Origin: Tissierellaceae bacterium HCP3S3_D8
GTDB taxonomy: Bacteria; Bacillota; Clostridia; Tissierellales; Tissierellaceae
DNA length: 24,000 nt
Assembly: GCA_052067355.1 (NCBI GenBank)
Contig: JBQHQH010000015.1
Span: 33,618-57,617, forward strand
Direction: 5' to 3'
Part shown: piece after piece, positions 1-6,789 of the stretch
Position numbering within the stretch: the stretch's first letter is position 1
How the letters are laid out: every line of letters begins with the position of its first letter
Notes under the pieces: generated by a model
Seen by the model: only the letters and a program-made list of their open reading frames with translations
Databases searched by the model: none
Told to the model about the DNA's origin: nothing
Translations under genes and position numbers: made by a program

Positions 1-296
1 TCTTTAAAAACCATATGTTTCAGGAGATATTTCCAATCCTGCTAATTAACTCCATAGCAGTCATAGGACGAGCTATAGTACAAGAATCATCTCTAGCATT
101 TTTAGGTCTATCAGATCCTCTATCAAAATCTTGGGGATTGATGATTCAAAGAGTAATAAACTTCAATGGAATCTATTTTACAAGGTTTTGGACTTGGTGG
201 TTACTACCACCATTATTATCATTGATGATAGTGATATATTGTATTAGGATGATATCTAGAGAAATAGAAAATATTATTACCTTAGAAAGTGATTAA
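1..296 (+). CDS. ABC transporter permease, NikC/DppC/OppC-like, C-terminal fragment (5' end outside the window)
   Basis: The frame is open from nt 3. It contains the EAA-loop-like motif ESSLAFLGLSDPLSKSWG, followed by hydrophobic TM segments and WWLLPP, typical of the C-terminus of Dpp/Opp/Nik C-type permeases. Confidence 0.75.
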   Translation, partial: FKNHMFQEIFPILLINSIAVIGRAIVQESSLAFLGLSDPLSKSWGLMIQRVINFNGIYFTRFWTWWLLPPLLSLMIVIYCIRMISREIENIITLESD

Positions 297-313
297 AGAT
301 ATAGAGTGATACT

Positions 314-1273
314 ATGAAAAAAAGAATTGGAATATTAATATTGTCTTTCATAATTATATATATTGCAAATTTTTATATACCAAGGTTTATGCCAGGAGAT
401 CCTTTTTCTCATTCAGAAAGTATATCGGGAAATGAGATGGGTGGTTTAAGTATTGAAGATATAGAGAGGATGAAGGCATACTATGGTCTTGATAAGCCAA
501 TTAATCAACAATTTGCAGATACAGTTAAAGCTAATATAAGGTTTGACTTTGGAAACAGCATACTATATAAAAAACCAGTAGTAGAGATTATATCAAAGGG
601 GCTTCCATGGACTTTTTATATCATGTTTTTTACCCTTATGATCAGTCTACTAATAGGAGTCTTCACAGCTATTTTAGGAATATATAATCCAAAGTTAAAT
701 CGTGTAATTCATAGAATAATGACATCTGTATGTGAGGTGCCTCCATTTATAGTAGGAATATTGCTATTATTTTTAATAGCAGCAAAAGTAAAGTGGATAC
801 CCCTATCTGGGAACCTTACACCTTTCAAGAAATATACAGATAGAATGGACTATATAAAAGATGTACTCGTCCATGGATTGATGCCAATTAGTACTTTAGT
901 GATTATAAATACACCGAGATTTTATTTTACAGCAGTATCGAGTTTTAAAACCATATTAAATAAGCAATATATAGAAAATGCACATTCCAAAGGTTTAAGT
1001 AAGAGGAGAATACTAATAAAATATATCTTGCTAAATGCTGTTTTGCCAATCATTTCAAAGTTCTTTCTGAGTGTTGGAAATGCCATAGGAGCTACTATGG
1101 TTGTAGAGAATGTATTTGCATATCCAGGATTGGGAAAGGTCTTGCGAGATGCAGTAGTATTTAGAGACTTTATCTTAATTCAGGGAATATTTTTAGTATC
1201 AACTACTACAGTATTGATTAGTTCCTTTATTTCAGATTGTATTACTGAATTTATAGCAAAATACAATACATAA
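314..1273 (+). CDS. ABC transporter permease, NikB/DppB/OppB-like
   Basis: 319 aa. The N-terminal TM segment is followed by PRFMPGDPF (the PGDP motif of B-type Dpp/Opp/Nik permeases). It has multiple TM segments and the EAA-like motif IENAHSKGLSKRRILIKYILLNA. Confidence 0.8.
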   Translation: MKKRIGILILSFIIIYIANFYIPRFMPGDPFSHSESISGNEMGGLSIEDIERMKAYYGLDKPINQQFADTVKANIRFDFGNSILYKKPVVEIISKGLPWTFYIMFFTLMISLLIGVFTAILGIYNPKLNRVIHRIMTSVCEVPPFIVGILLLFLIAAKVKWIPLSGNLTPFKKYTDRMDYIKDVLVHGLMPISTLVIINTPRFYFTAVSSFKTILNKQYIENAHSKGLSKRRILIKYILLNAVLPIISKFFLSVGNAIGATMVVENVFAYPGLGKVLRDAVVFRDFILIQGIFLVSTTTVLISSFISDCITEFIAKYNT

Positions 1274-1280
1274 GGGGTTA

Positions 1281-1490
1281 TCAATTCACAATTACTAAAG
1301 ATAAAGTACTAAAATAATGACTGACTCTGAAAGATTTGCTATACTTTCCAGTGAAATTCAAAATTCTCTTTAGGAACTAGGGCTTTTAGCAAGGCGTTCC
1401 TTTAGTTCCTTAATTTTGAATGAGCTGATATAAGTATCAAATCTTGAAGTGGAAGGAATGTTTTATACTTTATCTACTTCAATTCACAAT
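1281..1490. repeat. About 177-nt imperfect palindrome (1299-1475) bracketed by exact 12-nt direct repeats TCAATTCACAAT (1281-1292 and 1479-1490). MITE-like insertion or structured intergenic RNA.
   Basis: Complementary arms read by eye: 1299-1308/1466-1475, 1310-1314/1461-1465, 1331-1338/1438-1445, 1341-1346/1432-1437, 1356-1365/1412-1421, 1372-1379/1403-1410. The element occupies a 278-nt gap inside an otherwise tightly packed operon. Confidence 0.6.
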
Positions 1491-1551
1491 GCACAATTAT
1501 TAATTTGTGTTGGTTACTAACACATGGTGAAATATCAATAGGAGCATATAT

Positions 1552-3171
1552 ATGATTAAAATAGATAGATTAAAAGCTACATATTTCCAAGGATTTTCAT
1601 TAAACTCTATCAGTATGGATATAGATAGAGGAGAGATTGTATCCCTTGTAGGAGAATCAGGCAGTGGCAAAACCACCTTTGGAAAAGCTGTTGTAGGAAT
1701 GTTAAATAAAGATGCAAAAGTAAGTGGTAAGGTTATAATAGATGGTGTAGATATATACAGCATCTCCCAAAGTAAATTCAAAACCATGCAGATGAGAGAT
1801 TTCTCCATATGTTTTCAGAATTCTAAAGAACTTCTAAACCCTCTTCTTACAATAGAAGAACATCTATATGAAGTGTTAATAAAGAAATATGATAGAGGGG
1901 ATATAAGAGAAGAAGTCATAAGACTGTTGACAGAAGTAGGGCTTGAGGAAGATATATTACAGAGACATCCTTGTGAACTTTCAGGAGGAATGATACAGAA
2001 GATATTGATGATAATATCCATATGCTTAAAACCTAAATTTGTTGTATTAGACGAACCTACAAGTTCCCTAGATGAGGAATCTAAAGAACAGATAATTCAA
2101 CTTATAAAGAATATAAATAGGGAATACAATACTTCATTTTTAATCATAACCCATGACTTGACCCTTGCAAAGAACTTAAGCAATAGGATGGCTATCATCT
2201 ACGGTGGAAATATTGTAGAGATTGGGCAGGGAGATGAAATACTAGAAAATCCCATACATCCCTATACAAGAGGACTGATTAATTCAAGTATGGAACTCAA
2301 TCCCTATAAAGATATATGGGGTATCCCAAATGGGGAGAATTATACTAATCTATCTGGATGTCCATTTTTTACTAGATGTAATCAGAGATTGGAGTCTTGT
2401 GAAAAGACCATTCCCAGTTTAAAGAAGACATCTAGGGATAGAAATAGGCTAATAGCTTGTAATCGTGGTGGTATAATTAAGTATATTGAAGGAAATAAGA
2501 TTACCAAAAGTTATAACAATAGAGAAGTTCTTAAAGATATAGATATTGAGTTAATGGCAGGAGAAACTATTTCATTAATTGGAAGATCAGGCATAGGAAA
2601 GACAACCTTACTGAAGATACTGGGAGGATTTTTACCACCAGATTATGGAGAGATATTATTTGAGGGAAATAGAATTGACTTTAGAGAACTTCATAGAAGT
2701 AAATATGGATTACAAGTAGTATTTCAAGATCCTACTACATCTATAAATCCAAATATGAAGATAATAGATGCAGTATCAGAGCCTTTAAGATTATCTTTTA
2801 AACAGAGAGATTATATAGAGGAAACCAAAAAGGCTTTAAAAGATGTAGGACTACCTCAAGACGATGTCTTTCTAAATAAAAAAGTTAAATACCTATCAGG
2901 AGGACAAAAGCAGAGGATATCTGTTGCAAGGGCTTTGACTATGGAGCCAAAGGTATTATTGGCAGATGAACCTACATCTATGCTAGATGTTTCAAGTAAG
3001 GCAAATCTTCTAAGACTGCTAAAAGGTATTCAAAATTCTAAGGGATTCTCTATGATAATAGTAACCCATGATATTATCTCAGCAGTGAAGATATCCGATA
3101 GAATATATCTATTAGAAAAGCCAAATGTAATCAAAGAATATAGGGGAGAAGAAATAGGAGAGATCATATGA
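1552..3171 (+). CDS. Fused tandem ABC ATPase (NikD-NikE / DppD-DppF-like; two nucleotide-binding domains in one polypeptide)
   Basis: Two Walker A motifs (GESGSGKT, GRSGIGKT), two ABC signatures (LSGGMIQK, LSGGQKQR) and two Walker B motifs (VVLDEPTS, LLADEPTS). An oligopeptide-type C-terminal motif (HPYTRGL, CPFFTRC) lies between the two domains. RBS GGAG sits 7 nt upstream of the ATG. Confidence 0.9.
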   Translation: MIKIDRLKATYFQGFSLNSISMDIDRGEIVSLVGESGSGKTTFGKAVVGMLNKDAKVSGKVIIDGVDIYSISQSKFKTMQMRDFSICFQNSKELLNPLLTIEEHLYEVLIKKYDRGDIREEVIRLLTEVGLEEDILQRHPCELSGGMIQKILMIISICLKPKFVVLDEPTSSLDEESKEQIIQLIKNINREYNTSFLIITHDLTLAKNLSNRMAIIYGGNIVEIGQGDEILENPIHPYTRGLINSSMELNPYKDIWGIPNGENYTNLSGCPFFTRCNQRLESCEKTIPSLKKTSRDRNRLIACNRGGIIKYIEGNKITKSYNNREVLKDIDIELMAGETISLIGRSGIGKTTLLKILGGFLPPDYGEILFEGNRIDFRELHRSKYGLQVVFQDPTTSINPNMKIIDAVSEPLRLSFKQRDYIEETKKALKDVGLPQDDVFLNKKVKYLSGGQKQRISVARALTMEPKVLLADEPTSMLDVSSKANLLRLLKGIQNSKGFSMIIVTHDIISAVKISDRIYLLEKPNVIKEYRGEEIGEII

Positions 3172-3992
3172 TATATAAAAAATATGAAGAATTAAAAAAT
3201 CGATTGAGAGATTTAGGAAGTGTTGCCATAGCATTCTCTGGTGGAGTGGATAGTACTTTTCTACTATATGTTGCAAAAGAAGTTTTGAAAGATAGAGTTA
3301 TAGCCATAACAGTAAATGCACCTATGTATACAGAGAGAGAAAAGATGGATGCTAAATATTTAGCTAGTAAATTAGATGTTGAGCATATAAACCTAAAGGT
3401 TGATGAAGGAGAAATAGAAGGTCTTATAGAAAATAAGCCTGATAGATGTTACCACTGTAAAAAAGCCATATTTACTAATATAAGAGAAGTCGCTAAATCA
3501 AAGAATATAGAATATGTCGTAGATGGAACTAATGCTGATGATATAGATGACTATAGACCAGGGATGAAGGCATTAAAAGAATTAGGAATAGTGAGTCCAT
3601 TGAGAGAAGTAGGACTAAACAAGGAAGAGATAAGAATACTATCGAAAGAATTAGATATACCTACTTGGGACAAGCCATCTATGGCATGCTTGGCATCTAG
3701 AATACCCTATGGAACAAATATAAACCATGAAAACCTTAAAATGGTAGAGAGATGTGAAGACTATCTGCTAAAACAGGGATATGGAGGATTTAGAGTTAGA
3801 TATCATGGAAATCTAGCTAGGATTGAACTAGATCCTAAGGATATAGAAAGATTTATAAGCTCCCCAGATATTAAACATACAATAGATTATTTTAAAGAAG
3901 TAGGATTTATCTATGTAACATTGGATTTAGAAGGATATAAAGTAGGTAGTATGAACCATGTTTTAACTGAGACTGAGAAATTTGCTTATTAG
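3168..3992 (+). CDS. larE: LarE, ATP-dependent sulfur insertase for the nickel-pincer nucleotide cofactor (PP-loop ATPase)
   Basis: PP-loop SGGVDSTFLL near the N-terminus and the CLASRIPYG motif carrying the LarE sulfur-donor/cluster Cys (C174), plus C94-x-x-C97. The start overlaps the ATPase stop (ATGA), which implies translational coupling. Confidence 0.9.
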   Translation: MIYKKYEELKNRLRDLGSVAIAFSGGVDSTFLLYVAKEVLKDRVIAITVNAPMYTEREKMDAKYLASKLDVEHINLKVDEGEIEGLIENKPDRCYHCKKAIFTNIREVAKSKNIEYVVDGTNADDIDDYRPGMKALKELGIVSPLREVGLNKEEIRILSKELDIPTWDKPSMACLASRIPYGTNINHENLKMVERCEDYLLKQGYGGFRVRYHGNLARIELDPKDIERFISSPDIKHTIDYFKEVGFIYVTLDLEGYKVGSMNHVLTETEKFAY

Positions 3993-4003
3993 GAAGTGAG
4001 AAT

Positions 4004-4765
4004 ATGCATAAAGAAGAAATTGTAGAGCTGTTAAATGGATTTAAGAATAATGAAATAAGCATGGAAGATGCACTAGAAAAGTTAAAAAGACTTCCCTATG
4101 GAGAATTAGGATATGCAAAGATAGATCACCATAGAGAACTTAGAAATGGATATCCAGAAGTAATATATTGTGAAGGAAAATCTCTAGAGCATATACAAGG
4201 CATAGTAAAACACATGTTAAAAGAAAAAGAAGTAAATATCTTAGGTACTAGAGCCAATAGAGATGTATATGAGGCAATAAAAGACATCACTAATAATGTA
4301 GAATACTATGAATCAGCTCGTATAGTTGTAGTGAAGAGAGAAGAATTTAAGAAGACAGAGAAGAAGATATTAGTAGTCACAGGAGGAACAGCAGATATAC
4401 CAGTAGCAGAAGAAGCAGCCATCACAGCAGAAGTATTGGGAAATACAGTAGAAAGACTTTACGATGTAGGAGTAGCGGGACTACACAGATTGCTTTCCAA
4501 TGTAGATGCATTATTTAAAGCAAATGTAATAATAGCAGTGGCAGGTATGGAAGGAGCGTTAGCAAGTGTAGTAGGAGGATTAGTAGATAAACCTGTAATA
4601 GCAGTACCTACAAGTATTGGATATGGATCAAACTTTGGAGGAGTATCGGCACTTCTTTCTATGTTAAACTCCTGTGCATCAGGAGTGAGTGTAGTAAATA
4701 TAGACAATGGATTTGGAGCAGGATACTTAGCTAGTATGATCAATCAGATGACAGAAGAAAATTAG
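4004..4765 (+). CDS. larB: LarB, nicotinic acid adenine dinucleotide carboxylase/hydrolase (PurE/AIR-carboxylase-like)
   Basis: 253 aa. The C-terminal PurE-like domain has VVTGGTADIPVAEEA and AGMEGALASVVGG motifs characteristic of LarB. The gene lies between larE and larC. Confidence 0.9.
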   Translation: MHKEEIVELLNGFKNNEISMEDALEKLKRLPYGELGYAKIDHHRELRNGYPEVIYCEGKSLEHIQGIVKHMLKEKEVNILGTRANRDVYEAIKDITNNVEYYESARIVVVKREEFKKTEKKILVVTGGTADIPVAEEAAITAEVLGNTVERLYDVGVAGLHRLLSNVDALFKANVIIAVAGMEGALASVVGGLVDKPVIAVPTSIGYGSNFGGVSALLSMLNSCASGVSVVNIDNGFGAGYLASMINQMTEEN

Positions 4766-4775
4766 GAGGGGAAAA

Positions 4776-5597
4776 ATGAATATACTTTATCTAGATTTAT
4801 TTGCAGGTATAAGTGGAGATATGACATTAGGAGGATTTATAGACCTAGGTGTAAAAGAAGAAGTACTATTAGAGGGATTCAAAAAGTTAAATATAGATGG
4901 ATATGATGTAAAGATCAGCAAGAAGAATAAAAATGGAATAATGGGGACAAAAGTAGATATCATCTTAGAAGATGAACACCATCATGATCACGAGCATCAT
5001 CACCATGAGCAAGATCATGAAGACCATCATCATGACCATGAACACGATCATGAGCATCATCACCACCATCATACCCATGATAGAAACCTATTTATCATAG
5101 AAAAATTAATAGATGATAGTGAATTAGATCTTAAGGTAAAAGAATTGAGTAAGAAGATATTTAAATATGTAGCCTTAGCAGAATCTAAGATCCATGGAAA
5201 GTCCCTAGAAGAGATTCACTTTCACGAAGTGGGAGCAGTAGACTCCATACTAGATATTGTAGGTACAGCGATTTGCCTAAATGAATTAGAAATAGATAGA
5301 GTAATCAGCTCACCCCTACATACAGGAACAGGTTTTGTTCACTGTCAACATGGGTTAATACCAGTACCAGTACCAGCTACTTTAGAAATATTAAAAGAGG
5401 AAAATATTCCATTCTATAGTACAGGAATCAAGAAAGAACTAGTAACTCCAACAGGAGCAGCTATAGTAGCAGGAATAGTAGATGAATTTGGACCTATGCC
5501 AAATATGGAAGCAAAGGCAGTAGGATATGGAGCAGGCACTAGAGATTTAGAAATACCTAATATGATGAGAATGATATTAGGTGTAAAAAAAAAGTAG
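4776..5597 (+). CDS. larC: LarC1, N-terminal part of the nickel-inserting cyclometallase LarC (DUF111 family) with a His-rich Ni-binding tract
   Basis: N-terminus MNILYLDLFAGISGDM (typical DUF111/LarC start) and a later HFHEVGAVDSILDIVG motif. The frame ends at TAG 5595-5597, immediately after an A9 run. Confidence 0.9.
   Translation: MNILYLDLFAGISGDMTLGGFIDLGVKEEVLLEGFKKLNIDGYDVKISKKNKNGIMGTKVDIILEDEHHHDHEHHHHEQDHEDHHHDHEHDHEHHHHHHTHDRNLFIIEKLIDDSELDLKVKELSKKIFKYVALAESKIHGKSLEEIHFHEVGAVDSILDIVGTAICLNELEIDRVISSPLHTGTGFVHCQHGLIPVPVPATLEILKEENIPFYSTGIKKELVTPTGAAIVAGIVDEFGPMPNMEAKAVGYGAGTRDLEIPNMMRMILGVKKK
4968..5081 (+). other. His/Asp/Glu-rich low-complexity tract inside LarC1 (about 22 His within residues 68-101)
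   Basis: Translated sequence EDEHHHDHEHHHHEQDHEDHHHDHEHDHEHHHHHHTHD, encoded by CAY/GAY-rich DNA. His-rich regions are a known feature of LarC proteins. Confidence 0.9.
5588..5597 (+). other. Putative -1 frameshift (or transcriptional slippage) site A_AAA_AAG followed by a 0-frame TAG. It would join larC1 to larC2.
   Basis: An A9 run spans 5585-5593. The 0-frame reads GTA AAA AAA AAG TAG. The -1 frame is open from 5561 and reads KKK-VDEEIFVLETNIDD through into LarC2. Confidence 0.7.
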
Positions 5598-5614
5598 ATG
5601 AAGAAATATTTGTA

Positions 5615-6025
5615 TTGGAGACCAATATAGACGATACAACTGGAGAGATACTAGGATATTTGATGGACAAGTTGTTTAAAAAGAATGCTAGAGATGTGTT
5701 TTATACTCCTATCTATATGAAGAAGAATAGACCGGCAATAAAGTTAGAGGTTATATGTGGAGAAAAAGAACGAGATATAATAAAAGAGATAATCTTCAAA
5801 GAGACGTCTACTATTGGAATAAGAGAATTTAGAGCCAGTAGGACAATCATGGAAAGAGAGATAATAAAAGTAAAAACGAGTTATGGAGATATAAGAGTTA
5901 AGAAATCTAGTTTTAAAGATATAACCAAATATGCCCCTGAATATGAAGATTGTAAGGAAGTCGCTGAAAGGTTTAGTATACCTATGAGAGAAGTCTATGA
6001 GGAAACACTAAAAGAGATAAAATAG
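5615..6025 (+). CDS. larC: LarC2, C-terminal part of LarC (probably made mainly as a LarC1-LarC2 fusion)
   Basis: It contains the LETNIDD motif of full-length DUF111/LarC proteins. The only in-frame start is a TTG with no recognisable RBS, and the frame is open upstream to 5561, overlapping the larC1 end. Confidence 0.85.
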   Translation: METNIDDTTGEILGYLMDKLFKKNARDVFYTPIYMKKNRPAIKLEVICGEKERDIIKEIIFKETSTIGIREFRASRTIMEREIIKVKTSYGDIRVKKSSFKDITKYAPEYEDCKEVAERFSIPMREVYEETLKEIK

Positions 6026-6075
6026 ATAGCATCTCTATTATCTGGGTATATAAGGTGAAAAGGGAGGGATTTTCT

Positions 6076-6627
6076 GTGAAGGTAATTGTATTTTTAGCAG
6101 AGGGATTTGAAGAGATAGAAGCTTTGACGGTAGTTGACTATCTAAGGAGAATGGATATCCTAGTGGATACAGTATCTATTACAGATGAAAGAGAAGTAAA
6201 GGGAGCTCATGATATTAGAGTGATATCAGACAGGACAATAGCTGAAATAGAGGATATAAATTCCTATGATGGAGTTGTGATCCCTGGAGGTATGCCTGGA
6301 GCTACAAATTTAAAAAATGACAAAAGAGTAGTTCAGATAGTCAGTTCATTTAATGAGAAGAATAAACTCATATCTGCCATATGTGCAGGACCAATAGTAT
6401 TAGATAAGGCAGATATAATTAAAGACAAGAATGTCACATCTTATCCAGGATTCGACAAGAGATTAAAGGGATGTAAGTACAGAGAAGAGCCAGTAGTAAG
6501 AGATGAAAATATCATCACTGCTAGAGGACCAGCATTAGCAGTAGACTTTGCCATAGAGATAATAGAGTATCTATTGGGAGAAAAGAGAGCAGAGGATTTG
6601 AAGAGAGATATACTATATAGACAATAA
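6076..6627 (+). CDS. DJ-1/PfpI (ThiJ/YajL-like) family protein
   Basis: The nucleophile-elbow motif SAICAGP, the N-terminal EGFEEIE and IPGG are all typical of DJ-1/YajL. I prefer the GTG at 6076 (RBS AGGGAGGG 6061-6068) over the ORF-track start at 6055. Confidence 0.8.
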   Translation: MKVIVFLAEGFEEIEALTVVDYLRRMDILVDTVSITDEREVKGAHDIRVISDRTIAEIEDINSYDGVVIPGGMPGATNLKNDKRVVQIVSSFNEKNKLISAICAGPIVLDKADIIKDKNVTSYPGFDKRLKGCKYREEPVVRDENIITARGPALAVDFAIEIIEYLLGEKRAEDLKRDILYRQ

Positions 6628-6705
6628 TAATTCAGCTTAAAGGCCTTGGAAACTAAATAGTTCACAGGGTCTTATTATTTGTGTTTCTTTGTAGAAAAAC
6701 TGTCA

Positions 6706-6734
6706 TTGCAAAGGCACCGTTTGCATGATAGAAT
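6706..6734 (+). promoter_or_regulatory. Sigma-A type promoter with extended -10: TTGCAA (6706-6711), 17-nt spacer, TGaTAGAAT (6726-6734)
   Basis: The hexamers and spacing were read directly. The promoter lies about 55 nt upstream of the RBS of the next gene. It falls inside the 5' extension of the ORF-track call 6679..7956, so that extension is unlikely to be coding. Confidence 0.55.
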
Positions 6735-6745
6735 TTATTTGATAG

Positions 6746-6766
6746 ATTGTGATTTCAATTCACAAT
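6746..6766. promoter_or_regulatory. Palindromic operator candidate ATTGTGA-N7-TCACAAT just downstream of the predicted -10
   Basis: Perfect 7-bp inverted arms. The right half with its flank (TCAATTCACAAT, 6755-6766) is identical to the 12-mers at 1281-1292 and 1479-1490. Confidence 0.55.
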
Positions 6767-6789
6767 TAAAAGATAAGAGGAGTGATAAA

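Noticed and set aside
1-1273. Permease order C-type before B-type as a rearrangement signal
   Set aside because: It is unusual relative to the nikABCDE/dppABCDF order. However, the upstream part of the operon is outside the window, and B/C assignment from short motifs is not rigorous enough to build on.
1295-1478. NiCo (czcD-type) or other known riboswitch in the nik intergenic element
   Set aside because: The element is an AT-rich, nearly symmetric long hairpin without the conserved G-rich junction I associate with NiCo riboswitches. It also sits in front of an importer ATPase rather than an efflux gene. The assignment cannot be supported by eye.
1500-2021. Minus-strand ORFs 1500..1808 and 1815..2021
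   Set aside because: They lie antisense to the well-supported ATPase gene (Walker and signature motifs on the + strand). They have no recognisable motifs or RBS and are typical shadow ORFs of AT-rich coding DNA.
4459-4743. Other antisense track ORFs: 4459..4743, 6441..6665, 6735..6938, 7164..7424, 8227..8580, 9041..9256 (+, opposite cutC), 10907..11221, 14161..14343, 14216..14425, 15082..15321, 17288..17500, 19029..19235, 21013..21312, 22426..22614, 23365..23601
   Set aside because: Each is fully nested opposite a gene with strong family motifs. Their sequences are low-complexity (Ser/Ile/Leu-rich) and no translation signals are present.
5598-5630. ATG at 5598 as an independent larC2 start
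   Set aside because: It is in the larC1 frame, not the larC2 frame, and terminates after 10 codons (TAG 5628-5630). It cannot produce LarC2.
6746-6766. Calling the palindrome a Rex box or a CRP/FNR (LarR-like) box
   Set aside because: The half-sites fit (TTGTGA / TTCACAA), but the TGTGA-to-TCACA spacing is 7 nt instead of the canonical 6. No regulator gene is in the window, so I keep it as an unassigned operator.
6679-6789. 5' extension of the dehydratase-family ORF (track start 6679)
   Set aside because: The extension covers the predicted promoter, the palindromic operator and the RBS AAGAGGAG. The encoded peptide (MCFFVEKLSLQRHRLHDRIYLIDCDFNSQ...) has no family resemblance. TTG 6790 or ATG 6805 fit better.
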